Assembly: GCF_963921235.1 (NCBI RefSeq)
Contig: NC_086097.1
Location: 187,242,001 to 187,306,000, forward strand
DNA length: 64,000 nucleotides
From: Mobula hypostoma
Taxonomy: Eukaryota
Reading direction: 5' to 3'
Position 1 is the first letter of the stretch; the number at the start of each line of letters is the position of its first letter. The notes beneath the pieces are model-generated. The model did no database searches. It was not told where the DNA came from and saw only the letters and a list, made by a program, of their open reading frames with translations. Both the position numbers and the translations under genes were made by a program. Below are positions 13,507 to 23,603 of the stretch, piece after piece.

Positions 13507-13765
13507 TGGAAGTAGGTACAAGGGGGATGCCAGAGGTAAGTTTTTCACACAGAGAATGGTGGGTGCGTGGAATGCACTGCCCGCAATGATGGTAGAGGCA
13601 GGTACAATAGGGTCTTTTAAGGGGTTCTTACATGGAGCTTAGAAAATTAAAGGCTATGCAGTAGGGAAATTCTAGGCAGTTTCTAGAGTATGTTATATGG
13701 TTGGCACAAAATTGTGGGCTGAAGGGCCTGTAATGTGCTGTAGATTTCTTACGTTCTATGTTCTA
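13507..13765 (+). mobile_element. CR1 3' fragment
   Basis: Same subfamily as the reverse complement of 25174-25430; ends TTCTATGTTCTAT. Confidence 0.85.
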
Positions 13766-15345
13766 TCCACAGCATAGTAAATTTTAAATTGTCCCATTCA
13801 GGCCTAAAGATTTAATTGCTGTGGAGGATTTCTTACTCTTGTGGGATAACGTCTTTCCTGACAAACAGAATCACTGCTTGGCAGATGAGACTTGTGGCTG
13901 TGAAAACAACCTCAAGTCTGGAGTCTCCTCCATGATGGTTGTAGGAGTTTATTTTGAGATGGCAGGATATTGCTCTGCAGCTCGGGATACTTTTCTTCTC
14001 CTTGTTCATCTTCTAGATTGTGCAACTTGATCTTGGGAAGGTGAATTTAGTTCACTGGAATATTCGCTTATTAATCCTCTTTTGTTCCCTTTACGATCTG
14101 ATCTCTCCTCTTGGATTCCACATCCACACCATCATCTGACAAATCCTCTGTTTTCGTATCTCCACTGACTCCTTTCTTTTTGGCCTTACATTCATTCAGC
14201 TGGGCTTTGGTCTTTGTATCCACATTTACATGCAACTTTTTGTCTCCCACTTGAAGTTCATGCGATAACCTTAATGCTTTCAGAGGAGATTCTGGTTATT
14301 TATGCTCACAAAAGCCAAATCCTTGCATCTTTCCTGAAGCTCCTTGAACACTCCTCCAGTTTAAAACATTGCCACATTTCACAAGTATCTGCCCGATGAG
14401 CAAATGAGAATCTTTCTCCAGTATGTTACCTACAAAAACTGTCGTAGTCAGACTACTGCTTTCGGAACTTCCACGATTTCATTCAGCAGCATGGTCCTTC
14501 CTTAGTCCATTATGCTTCTAAACTGAGGCAAAGAAGATGGCACCAACACCTGTTTGTCCTCTGTCGGGCAACTGATCAAGCTGTTCAGCATGGAGACAGT
14601 TGTGGCATCACCCAGTGTCTTTCTTAATTCACTTTCAATTGACTTCGTTTTAGGGGATGTGACATGCGAATGGTGGATGGATCGCCAATCGTTAGTTGGA
14701 TATCTGCAGGTTTACTTTAGTGTCTTTTAAATGCTGTTCAAACTTATTTTGTGGAATGTACAATTCTATTTTAATTAATTTGCTGTTCATTTTTGGAGTA
14801 ATCCATGTTGCTTGTCTGTTGTTATAAATAGTGAGTACAGGGTGCTTATAAATCTTAAGACTACATAGTCATGTGTCACTCACATCATTATCAGATTTTT
14901 CATCAATAGCATGCAGATTTGTGCTCTTATTGAAATGGCAACTTGACATTTTATCTTTTTCTCTTCTCTGTGCAGTGCACTTATTTTTGTCCGACTAACA
15001 TGCTCTTTGTATGTGTCCTACTTTGTTGCATTTTCTGTAAGTTTTACCTTTAAATCTGCATTGGTCAGGCATACGTGAGCTCCTGCCACAATGGTAACAC
15101 TATTTGTTCAGCCAGGACACTTTTATTTAGACATTTTTAATTTTGTTCACACTCACTTTCATTCCTGACTGCAACTCAATTGCATCTGTCTGTGGTTTCT
15201 ATTGAAACAGTGATTTCAACTGCTCTTTTAGGTGTGAGCTACGCTACAGTTTGCAGCCATTTTTGAAAGCTTTATTGTAAGATTCCACAAACTAAAAGAT
15301 CTCTCACTGCATCATTAACACCATTACTGAACTGACAGTAGACTG
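13766..15345 (-). mobile_element. Decayed Mag-type Ty3/Gypsy internal region (gag, protease, integrase C-tail) carrying a host cDNA fragment
   Basis: Manual minus-strand translation: gag YCQFSNGVNDAVRDLLVCGILQ*SFQKWL..LTPKRAVEI and double knuckle CYHCGRSSRMPDQCRFKGKTYRKCNKVGHIQRAC (about 14995-15340); protease remnants WITPKMNSKLIKIEL..PQNKFEQHLKDT..PADIQL and DWRSIHH (about 14600-14820); integrase-tail-like ERRYPTRVRNPPQQLNL* (about 13805-13860). No LTRs seen; both ends abut CR1 pieces. Confidence 0.8.
13990..14549 (-). pseudogene. RBM25: Intronless partial copy of RNA-binding motif protein 25 (RRM region)
   Basis: Manual translation VLVP../KHNGLRKDH..LTTTVFVGNILEKDSHLLIGQILVKCGNVLNWRSVQGASGKMQGFGFCEHK*PESPLKALRLSHELQVGDKKLHVNVDTKTKAQLNECKAKKK..SKRRDQIVKG../LISEYSSELNSPSQ..KEKK aligns with the vertebrate RBM25 RRM as recalled (TTVFVGNISEKASDMLIRQLLAKCGLVLSWKRVQGASGKLQAFGFCEYKEPE...); stops and frameshifts present. 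Confidence 0.93.
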
Positions 15346-17060
15346 GGAGCACTTGCTTGTAATTAGATCTAACATTAATGAATTGATATTTATTAGAAGT
15401 GAAACAGTGAGTGGTCAGGACCAATATGTTCCTGTCATTGTGAAAAGTGCAAAAGACAATTTCAGGGAATCCTGGATGTTAAGTGATATTGAGAGTACGA
15501 TTAAAAATGAGAAAGAAGTGCATGGTTGGTTTAAACAGTGGAGGCTCTCCAGGAGAATACCACATATAGGGAATACTTAAATAAGGAAATTAGGAAGACG
15601 AAGAGAGATCATAAAATGCCACAGGTGGATGAGACTAGGGAAAGCTATAAGGCATATTAAGAGCAAAAGGATAACTAGGTAAAGAGTAGGTAGGGCCTAT
15701 TGAATATGAAGCTAGGTGGATCCTCAGTGCATGATGAGATATAACACAGGCTACTATGGAGCAAGAGTGGAGATTACTATGCCCTGATGGACATTTTTAA
15801 TACAGAACAGCAGGGATAGGCCAGGAAATTACTGACTGGTGAGTCTGGAATATGGATTAACAAAATTATTGGAAAATTTTATTAGGATGTAGTTGATCTA
15901 CATTTGTCAAATGCCTAGACAGAGTAAATGTGGAAAGGATGTTTCCCATGGTGGGAGAGTCTAGGACAAGATGGCACAGCCGCAGGATAGATGGGCACCC
16001 TTTCAAAACAGAGATGAGGAGGAATTTCTTTAGCCAAAGGGTGGTGAATTTGTGGAATTTGTTGCCACACACAGCTGTGGAGGTCAGAGATTGATAGGTT
16101 CTTAATTGGACATGGCATCAAAAGTTACGGGGAGAAGGCCGGGAACTAGGGTTGAGGAGGAGAGAAAAAAGGATCAGACTTTATGGGCCAGATGGCCTAA
16201 TTCTGCTCCTGTGTCTTATGGTCTTATGGTAATAAGCATTGCGAGAATTATCACAATAAGAAAGTTTGGCTTTGGTGAGCGGTTTTGTCTGAGTAATTTA
16301 TTTGGGTTTTTGAAGAAGAAATATATATATTGACGTGGGCACTGCAGCTAATAGAATTTACATGAACTTCAGGGTCTTTAACAATGTCCTAGAAGGAAGT
16401 TAAATCCAAGACATTTTGGCTAATTGGATACAAAATTGGCTGTGTAATGGAAGACAGAGTCTAGTGGTGGAGGGTTAATCTTTGAGAGGAAGATTGTAAC
16501 CAGCTGTAAACCACTGTGGTCAGTGCGGAGACTCTTGCTGTTTGTCATATGCATTAATAACTTGGGTATGATTGTAGGAGATATGATTTGCAAGTTCATA
16601 GATGACCTGAAAATTGGTGGTGTTGATTAGTGAGGAGGTTAATCTTAGGCTACGGAATCTTATTGATAAATTGGTAAACAGCATGGAAAAATGGTGGATG
16701 AAATTTAAACCTGATGAGCACAAGAGATTGAATTTGGGAGATCTAATAAGGATAGAGCATGACAAGTATTGAATTACTTTACCTAAAATCTCTTAGAAAC
16801 CTAGAAGTAGATAGGTACATAAAATGTTGAAGAAGGCATATGGGATGCTTGTTTTCATTAGCCATGGAAGAGAATATAAGAGCTTGGAAGTCATAGTATA
16901 ACTTCATAAAACTTTGCTTAGTCCACAGCTGGGATATCGTATGCAGCTCTGGTCACCAAACTCTAAGAAGGATGTGATTGTATAGGAGACTATATAGAGG
17001 ACATTTACCAGGATATTGCCTGATATAGAACATTTTGCTTAAGAGGAAAGATGTATAGAT
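15345..17060 (+). mobile_element. Old CR1 ORF2 fragments with a nested CR1 3' end at about 15912-16230
   Basis: Degenerate RT motifs (WIQNWL; KFIDDLKIGG for KFADDTKIGG; YKTLLSPQLGY); the nested piece ends in GTCTTATGGTCTTATGG. Confidence 0.75.
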
Positions 17061-17065
17061 GTATT

Positions 17066-18640
17066 CAAAAAACAAAGAAATACTCAAATGGCAAAATAGT
17101 ACAACTGTGGCTGATAAGGGAAGCTAATGTAAAGCTAATGTAAAAGCAAAAGAGAGCATACAACAAAAAAAATAATGGCAAGATAGAGGATTGGGAAGCA
17201 TTTAAAAGCCTACAGAAAGCAGCTAAAAGAATCATTAGGAGGGAAGAGATGAAATATGAAAGCAAGCTAGTGAGCAATATTAAGGTGGATTAAAAATAAG
17301 CTTTTTCAAGTATATAAAAAATAAAAGAGGGATGAGAATGGATATAGGACTGCTAGAAAATTAGGACAGAGAAATAATAATGGGGGATAAGGAGACAGTA
17401 GATGAACTAAATGGATATTTTGCATCAGTCTTCACTGTGGAAGACACTAGCAGTCTGCCAGCTATTAAAGGGTGTGAAGGAAAAGGGTGTGAAGGAAGAG
17501 AAGTTAATGCAATTACGCTTATAAGGGAGAAGATGCAAAAAAAGCTGAAAGATTTAAAGTCATCTGAATCAGGTAAAACAGCACCTTAGGGTTCTGAAAG
17601 AGGTATGGGAAGAGATTGTGGAGGCATTAGTAAAGATCTTTCAAGAATCATTGGACTCTGGCATGGTTCCAGAGAACAGGAAAATTGTAAATGTCACTCC
17701 ACTTTTTAAGAAAAGAGGGAGGCAGCAGAAAGGAAATTATAGACCAGTTAGATTGACCTCAGTGGTTGGGAAGATGTTGGAGTCAATTGTTAAGGATAGG
17801 GTTATGGAGTAGTTGATGACAAAGGACAAGATAGGACAACGTCAGCATGGTTTCCTTAAGGGAAAGTATTGCCTGCTGAACCTGTTGGAACTCTTTGGGG
17901 AGATTACAAATAGGATAGATAAAGGGAATGCAGTAGATGTTGTATAGAGCATTAGCTGACTGGTAGGAGGCAGTGAGTGGGTAAAAAAAAGATCCTTTTC
18001 TGGTTGGCTGCCAGTAACTAGTGGTGTTTTGCTGGGGTCAGTGATAGAACTGCTTTTTTTTATGCTGTATTGATTTAGATGATGGAATAGATGGCTTTGT
18101 TGCCAAGTTTGCAGATGATACAAATATTGGAGGAGAGACAGATAATGTTGAGGAAACAGGAAGGCTGCAGAAGGTGTTAGACAGATTAGAGTGGGTCTAG
18201 AGGCTGTTCACAAGGATGATTCCAGGAATGAAAGGGTTATATGAGGAATTTTTTATGGCACTGAGCCTGAACTTGCTGGAACTTAGAATGATGAAGGGTA
18301 CCTCACTGAAACTTTTCGAATGTTGAAAGGCCTAGACGGAGTAGATATGGAAAGGATGTTTCCCATGGTGAGAGAGTCTAGGACAAGAGGGTACAGTCTC
18401 AGGATAGAGGGGCATCCATTTAAAACAGATATGCAGAGAAATTTCTTTAGCCAGAGGGTGGTAAATTAGTGGTTTTGTTACCACAGGCAGCTGTGGAGAC
18501 CAAGTCATCGGGTGCATTTAAGGCAGAGAATGATAGGCTCTTAATCGGTTATGGCATAAAAAGTTTATGGGGTAAAGGCCAGGGAGTGGGGCTGAAGAGG
18601 GGAGAAAAAGGATCAGCCATGATTGAATGGCTGAGGATAC
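17066..18640 (+). mobile_element. CR1 ORF2 3' two-thirds, degenerate and internally deleted
   Basis: ORFs 17380..17589 (LNGYFASVFTVED) and 17618..17812 (VNVTPLFKKRGRQQKGNYRPVRLTSVVGKMLE); AKFADDT near 18100-18125. Confidence 0.9.
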
Positions 18641-19200
18641 AAATGGCTGATTCTCCCCAGGTGCTACCTGACTTGTTTAGCATCTACAATTTTATAATTT
18701 CCAATTAGAAATAGTTGTTACTGTGTTTCACTCTGGGGAAAAGTAGATTTGCAAACAAGTAGAGTTGAAATTGTGATTGCATATATTGTTCTATATTCAT
18801 TAAAGCCCTTCAGAATTTACTTTCATGGAATCACTAATTAAGTAGTCCATGATTCCCGTTGTTACTTTAGCTGTCAGTTTGCCAGAGCTGAGTGTTTCTG
18901 AAGTCTGAAACAGAAAATGCTGAAAAAAGTCTGTTGGCATCGTTAGAAAAAGAAAATTAATGTTTCTGGGTGAAGACTCTTTGTCAGAACAGTATTTCCT
19001 GAGATACATATTTTTGTGCTTCACTTACTCTTCGGTCTTTGAAAATTGGGTCTCTAATTGGTTTCTGTATTCCAAAACCTGATCAAATGTAGGCTAATAT
19101 CACAAACACGAGAAAATCTGCAGATGCTGGAAATTCAAGCAACGCACCCAAAATGCTGGTGGAACACAGCAGGCCAGGCACAATCTCTGGGAAGAGGTAC

Positions 19201-19236
19201 AGTCGACGTTTCGGGCCGAGACCCTTCGTCAGGACT
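19201..19236 (-). ncRNA. Minimal type I hammerhead ribozyme, canonical core (GUC triplet)
   Basis: Minus strand AGTC-CTGACGA-AGGGTCTCGGCCC-GAAA-CG-TC-GACT. Confidence 0.85.
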
Positions 19237-19513
19237 AACTGAAAGAAGAGATAGTAAGAGATTTGAAAGTGGAAGGGGCAGGAGGAGGTCCAAAATGATA
19301 GGAGAAGACAGGAGGGGGAGGAATGGAGCTAAGAGATGGAACGTTGATTGGCAAAAGAGATACAAGGCTGGAGAAGGCTTGTATCCCTTTTGCCAATCAA
19401 CTTTCCATCTCTTAGCTCCATTCCTCCCCCTCCTGTCTTCTCCTATCATTTTGGATCTCTCCCTCCCCCTCCCCCTCCCACTTTCAAATCTCTTACTATC
19501 TCTTCTTTCAGTT

Positions 19514-19549
19514 AGTCCTGATGAAGGGTCTCGGCCCGAAACATCGACT
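19514..19549 (+). ncRNA. Minimal type I hammerhead ribozyme motif (AUC triplet variant)
   Basis: AGTC-CTGATGA-AGGGTCTCGGCCC-GAAA-CA-TC-GACT. Confidence 0.75.
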
Positions 19550-19614
19550 GTACCTCTTCCTAGAGATGCTACCTGGCCTGCTGCATTTCACCAGCATTTT
19601 GGGTGTGTTGCTAG

Positions 19615-20475
19615 TGTTACGTACCCCGTAACTGGGTTGCCAAACCAGCAGAAATGGATCACTCAGTTGGAGTCTGGAGTACTAGAACTAAGAAAGTTTT
19701 ATTAAAGAAACAAGCAACACAGTAATCGAAAGGATAATAAATGCAACAATTCAACAATGATAACCACACATGTGCACAGAATTAAGATAACAGCATCAAT
19801 CAAGCTCTATCGTTGTCTAGGGGTAAATGACCAATTTCAAAATGACTCAAAGTTCAGTCCAGTTTAGTAGTTCAGTTCGCAGTAATCGTTGCCATGGCGG
19901 TGGACAATGTGGGGGAAGAGAGAGATAGAATAGGAACAACTCATCATTCAGAACGGCTTCACTCACAGACCAGCAAGATGGCTCACAAACAGCTTTTTGG
20001 GCGGGTCCTTGGTGATGTCACCTGAGGTCACCGACTGTGACCCCTCCTCCAGATGCGGTCGATCCTCTGCAGTGAACCCGGCACCCAGGCAAGGGCGGAC
20101 ACACACCGGGTTCCCGCTGATCGTACCTTTCCACCCTTGTCGTTGTCTGGGACTTCTCACCCACTCGTGAGAAGCGCACCGCTTCCAGGGTCTCGTTACC
20201 TCGGGTGGCGTGTGTGTCTGTCTTAGCGAACCTGTCCCTTTTTATCCCCCTGCTGGGGTATCGCCTGTCCATCACTTCAAACAGTTCAGGGTTCAAAGGG
20301 GGGAGCCGCTCCAGACAGCTCTTCCTCCCACATCCCTTCATTACACATCTCCAGACGCTGCTCCATTGTTCCTTATCTCTCCTTCCCCTGAGGGCAGGTG
20401 GCAGACCAACTGCTGATGCCACTGATGCTAGCCCAGGCCAGCAAACATCTTAATTTTATGTGTATTCTCGTAACA
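19615..20475 (-). repeat. 3' LTR (861 bp)
   Basis: Direct repeat of 23604-24484 with TGTTAC/GTAACA termini. Confidence 0.97.
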
Positions 20476-20487
20476 CTTCCCCCCTTT
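20476..20487 (-). promoter_or_regulatory. Polypurine tract
   Basis: Minus strand AAAGGGGGGAAG immediately before the 3' LTR. Confidence 0.9.
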
Positions 20488-20647
20488 AAGGATTTTTACC
20501 GGGAGGTAAAAATTACAAACATGACTACATTATCTGATACATACACAATATACATCTTTAACAGTTATTTAGCTAATACAGAGAATTTGAAGCTGTCAAC
20601 ACCTTGACAGACAGTCATCACATTTTCTGTTCCTTTTACACGTGTTA

Positions 20648-22090
20648 TTAATAATCCCTTAGACCAGGCTCCAACTCAGCAAACTTCATAGTGGCCAAAA
20701 ACACTGATGAATTGCGACCAATGTAACCTCTCATTTGGTTTTGTCCCGGACCACAACAACAAGGGTCGTCCCATTCCGACTCAATTTTCTCTCGCAAGGG
20801 CTTAGTAGGAGGGGGACGGGTATTGACCGCAGAGTTATTGCAAAACTTCCTGCAGTACCCCACCATCTCCAAAAGCCTTCTGAGGGCCCTCTTGTCTGTC
20901 GGGGTTGGGAGGTCAGCGATAGCCTGCACTGTAGCTTGCATCACTGCCAGCTGCCCCTGTGTCACCACAATTCCCAGGTAAGTGACATTCGCGTGGCCGA
21001 ATTCATTTTTTCCAAGGTTCACTATCAAGCTGGCTTCAGACAGCCGTGTTAAATTGCCAATACACACCTCTGTGTTCATCAGCCCTTTAGTCACTGAATT
21101 ACTCAAAAAATATGGGTGTTGTTTACTTGGCCGCCCTATTGTAACAGACATAACCCAACGTCCCAGTTCTTTGCATTTCCTCGGGACAATCAAACACATG
21201 GGTGCGAGTCGTTTAATTACTCCTTCGGGGATTAAGGGAGAGACCTTATCAGTAGACCTGGCCAAAACAATAGCCTTCTCCCATCTGACCGATCCCATCC
21301 TAATCTTTTCAAAATGGTTTTTTCCTCTTAGCAGGGGGCCCCTAGCTTCATTGATTTCCACGCTAACACCGACTAGGTTTGTTAGCATATCAAAAGCCGG
21401 TGACCGTCTCAGTTCGCGTCGGTCATGATCAATAACATTTTTCCCCCTGGGCAGCCGGTAACTCTCTTTCATGATTCCACCAACTGTTTCCTCCAGCACC
21501 GCAAAATGTCCACCGGGGGGTACCTCGTGGGCCATGTTAAAAACCTCATCCCCGTAACTCTTTTGCACCAACCCCCACTCCTCATCTGCGGATGCTGTAC
21601 TTGATTTCCCTTTCTTCCTTAGCACTTCCTCATCCGCACAATAGCCTACTAGTTCCCTTGTCAAGGCTGTGTCAGAGAGAGCTGTCTCGGCCAAAACCAT
21701 CAGCCCCTCGTCTCGCTCCTGCGTCTGCACAAATTCTTTCCTGGCTACTGCTACGTCCGTCCCAGCTCCCTCACTACCTCTTATCTCACTACACCCTGTC
21801 TCATACAAGGTTGGCAGAAATGTTTCAGCCAAATTCACCATCGCGGGCGGGGCCTCCATGCTGGCAGGCTGACCCGTCAATCTCACGACTGGGAACACGA
21901 TTCCTCCGGCGATGTCATTACCGAGCAAGACCTCCACGTCTTTCATCGGTAATTCGGACCTCACCCCGATCGTGACTAGTCCAGAGACCAGGTTGCTCTG
22001 TAAATGTATCTGGTGCAAAGGGACTGACTCTGTCCCTTCCCCAACACCTTTGACCTCTACCTCCCCAGTCTGGGTCTCTGAGCTAAACTC
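20648..22090 (-). CDS. Protease C-half plus remnants of integrase N-terminus and RT (continuation of gag-pro after a 1-nt frameshift)
   Basis: EFSSETQTGEVEVKGVGEGTESVPLHQIHLQS...VLLGNDIAGG (protease); MAHEVPPGGHF (integrase His pair); KQHPY; NLGKNEFGHANVTYLG...LRRLLEMVGYCRKF (RT C-part). No YxDD, DDE core or RNase H seen. Confidence 0.85.
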   Translation of the reverse strand, partial: EFSSETQTGEVEVKGVGEGTESVPLHQIHLQSNLVSGLVTIGVRSELPMKDVEVLLGNDIAGGIVFPVVRLTGQPASMEAPPAMVNLAETFLPTLYETGCSEIRGSEGAGTDVAVARKEFVQTQERDEGLMVLAETALSDTALTRELVGYCADEEVLRKKGKSSTASADEEWGLVQKSYGDEVFNMAHEVPPGGHFAVLEETVGGIMKESYRLPRGKNVIDHDRRELRRSPAFDMLTNLVGVSVEINEARGPLLRGKNHFEKIRMGSVRWEKAIVLARSTDKVSPLIPEGVIKRLAPMCLIVPRKCKELGRWVMSVTIGRPSKQHPYFLSNSVTKGLMNTEVCIGNLTRLSEASLIVNLGKNEFGHANVTYLGIVVTQGQLAVMQATVQAIADLPTPTDKRALRRLLEMVGYCRKFCNNSAVNTRPPPTKPLREKIESEWDDPCCCGPGQNQMRGYIGRNSSVFLATMKFAELEPGLRDY

Positions 22091-23504
22091 TTAATACACT
22101 CTTCAGTATTAGTGACTGACACGCTCCCGTGTCTCTCCAGATCCGCACTGGAACTGGTTTTAACCTCTTTTTCACTGACACCAGTCCGGCCGAGATAAAC
22201 CTCTCGCGCCCTTCCTGGACTTTTTCAGACCTGTCCTTCCCTAGCGGTTCGCTTAACAGCTCAATACAGCCATTCAAAATTTCCGCTTTTCCTTTCCCCG
22301 TCTCCTTCCTTGGGGCAAAGCACCTGGACGCAAAGTGTCCGACTTTCCCACAATTATAACAGACGACCCCAGGAGACTTCCTACCAGACTGCTCCCGGTC
22401 TACCTTATCCTTTTCACTAGTCCCCGGCTTACTTTCTGACTTTTCCGGCGGACTCTCCCCGCCGTCCTGACTACCCTTCTGGTAGCCTTTACTCGGGGCA
22501 ACCTTCATTTTATGCGTCAACGCATACTCATCCGCTAACTTAGCAGTTGCGGCTAACGTGGCTGCCTCTTTCTCATCGAGGTAGGGTCTCATACCCTCAG
22601 GGACACAACCTTTAAACTGCTCAATCAGAACCAGTTGCAGCAGTCTGTCGTAATCCCCCTCTACCCCTTTCGAGGCGCACCAACGCTCACAATATGTTTG
22701 CATCTCACGAGCAAACTCCAAATACGTGCGGTCCCACCGCTTCCTCGCATTCCGGAACCTCTGCCGGTATGCCTCCGGGACCAACTCATAAGTCCTGAGG
22801 ATGGCCTCCTTCACCACCTCATCTTCCGGGGATAAAGCGGAGTAAGCTTGTTGGGCTTTCCCTTTCAGTACACTCTGAAGTAAGACAACCCACTTATCCC
22901 TCGGCCAGTCCTGACTTATAGCTACTTTTTCGAAGTGGAGAAAGTACCGATCCACATCGGTATCGTCAAATGGGGGAACCAGCCTAACCTCCTGGGTCGC
23001 CCGGAACCCTCCACCTTGGTTCGGCACGAGCCCCTGCTCGGCCCTTATCTTTAACTTCTCCAGCTCAAATTCCCTTTCCCTCTGTTTCTCCTCTCTCTCC
23101 AACTGTCTTTCTCTCTCTTGCCTTTCTACCTCTTTCTCTCTCTCCCGCCTTTCTAACTCTCTCTCTTTCTCCCGCCTTTCTAACTCTCTCTCCTGCCTTT
23201 CTAACTGCTTCTCTTCGTGTTCTAACTGCCGTACCCGGAACTCGTGCTCGAGTCTCAGTTTTTCAAGTTGTACCTGTACCGCGTCTCCAGCAGGTTTTTC
23301 AATAGACACCACCCCCAGCTCACCTTGGGGAAACACACCTTTAGATACATAGTGCTCTACAATAGCTCTGTGTATCTCCTCTCTCCTCATTGTCGACTTC
23401 ACCTTGGCAAGATTCACCCGTTTGGCCACAGCTATCAATTCCGATTTCCTGGCATCCTCTAATGCCTCCAAGGTCGGCGCCTTTATAAATTCCTCAACCT
23501 CCAT
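22083..23504 (-). CDS. gag: Gag (coiled coil, SCAN-like capsid, CCHC knuckle) plus protease N-half
   Basis: LVPPFDDTDVDRYFLHFEKVA..WP..W; PEAYRQRFR...LVLIEQF; CYNCGKVGHFASRC; RDTGACQS protease active site. Confidence 0.93.
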   Translation of the reverse strand: MEVEEFIKAPTLEALEDARKSELIAVAKRVNLAKVKSTMRREEIHRAIVEHYVSKGVFPQGELGVVSIEKPAGDAVQVQLEKLRLEHEFRVRQLEHEEKQLERQERELERREKERELERREREKEVERQERERQLEREEKQREREFELEKLKIRAEQGLVPNQGGGFRATQEVRLVPPFDDTDVDRYFLHFEKVAISQDWPRDKWVVLLQSVLKGKAQQAYSALSPEDEVVKEAILRTYELVPEAYRQRFRNARKRWDRTYLEFAREMQTYCERWCASKGVEGDYDRLLQLVLIEQFKGCVPEGMRPYLDEKEAATLAATAKLADEYALTHKMKVAPSKGYQKGSQDGGESPPEKSESKPGTSEKDKVDREQSGRKSPGVVCYNCGKVGHFASRCFAPRKETGKGKAEILNGCIELLSEPLGKDRSEKVQEGRERFISAGLVSVKKRLKPVPVRIWRDTGACQSLILKSVLRV

Positions 23505-23580
23505 TTCTGCTGTTTGTCTTTTCTTTCTTTCGGGAATTTTAACCCAATCAATTTACTCCGTCCCAAATTTAGCGTTCAAA

Positions 23581-23599
23581 ATCGCGGACGAGAACCCCA
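23581..23599 (-). promoter_or_regulatory. Primer-binding site, tRNA-Pro-like (imperfect)
   Basis: TGGGGTTCTCGTCCGCGAT 4 nt after the 5' LTR, versus the tRNA-Pro complement TGGGGGCTCGTCCGGGAT. Confidence 0.75.
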
Positions 23600-23603
23600 C
23601 TTA

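Larger units (their letters stand above)
19103..19611. mobile_element. Fold-back (inverted) Penelope pseudo-LTR pair
   Basis: About 19139-19366 is the reverse complement of about 19378-19611; same family as 6046-6300; 13-bp TSD TAGGCTAATATCA at 19090-19102 and 24486-24498 (right copy displaced by the LTR element). Confidence 0.92.

Noticed and set aside
19058..19705. 215-aa and 104-aa ORFs with mirrored peptides
   Set aside because: By-products of the inverted Penelope pseudo-LTR; no domain recognised.
19963..20453. Short ORFs duplicated at 23972-24462
   Set aside because: They lie inside the two LTR copies; no protein motif.
23090..23230. Tandem purine-rich repeats
   Set aside because: They encode the E/R-rich coiled coil of gag; not an independent array or CRISPR.
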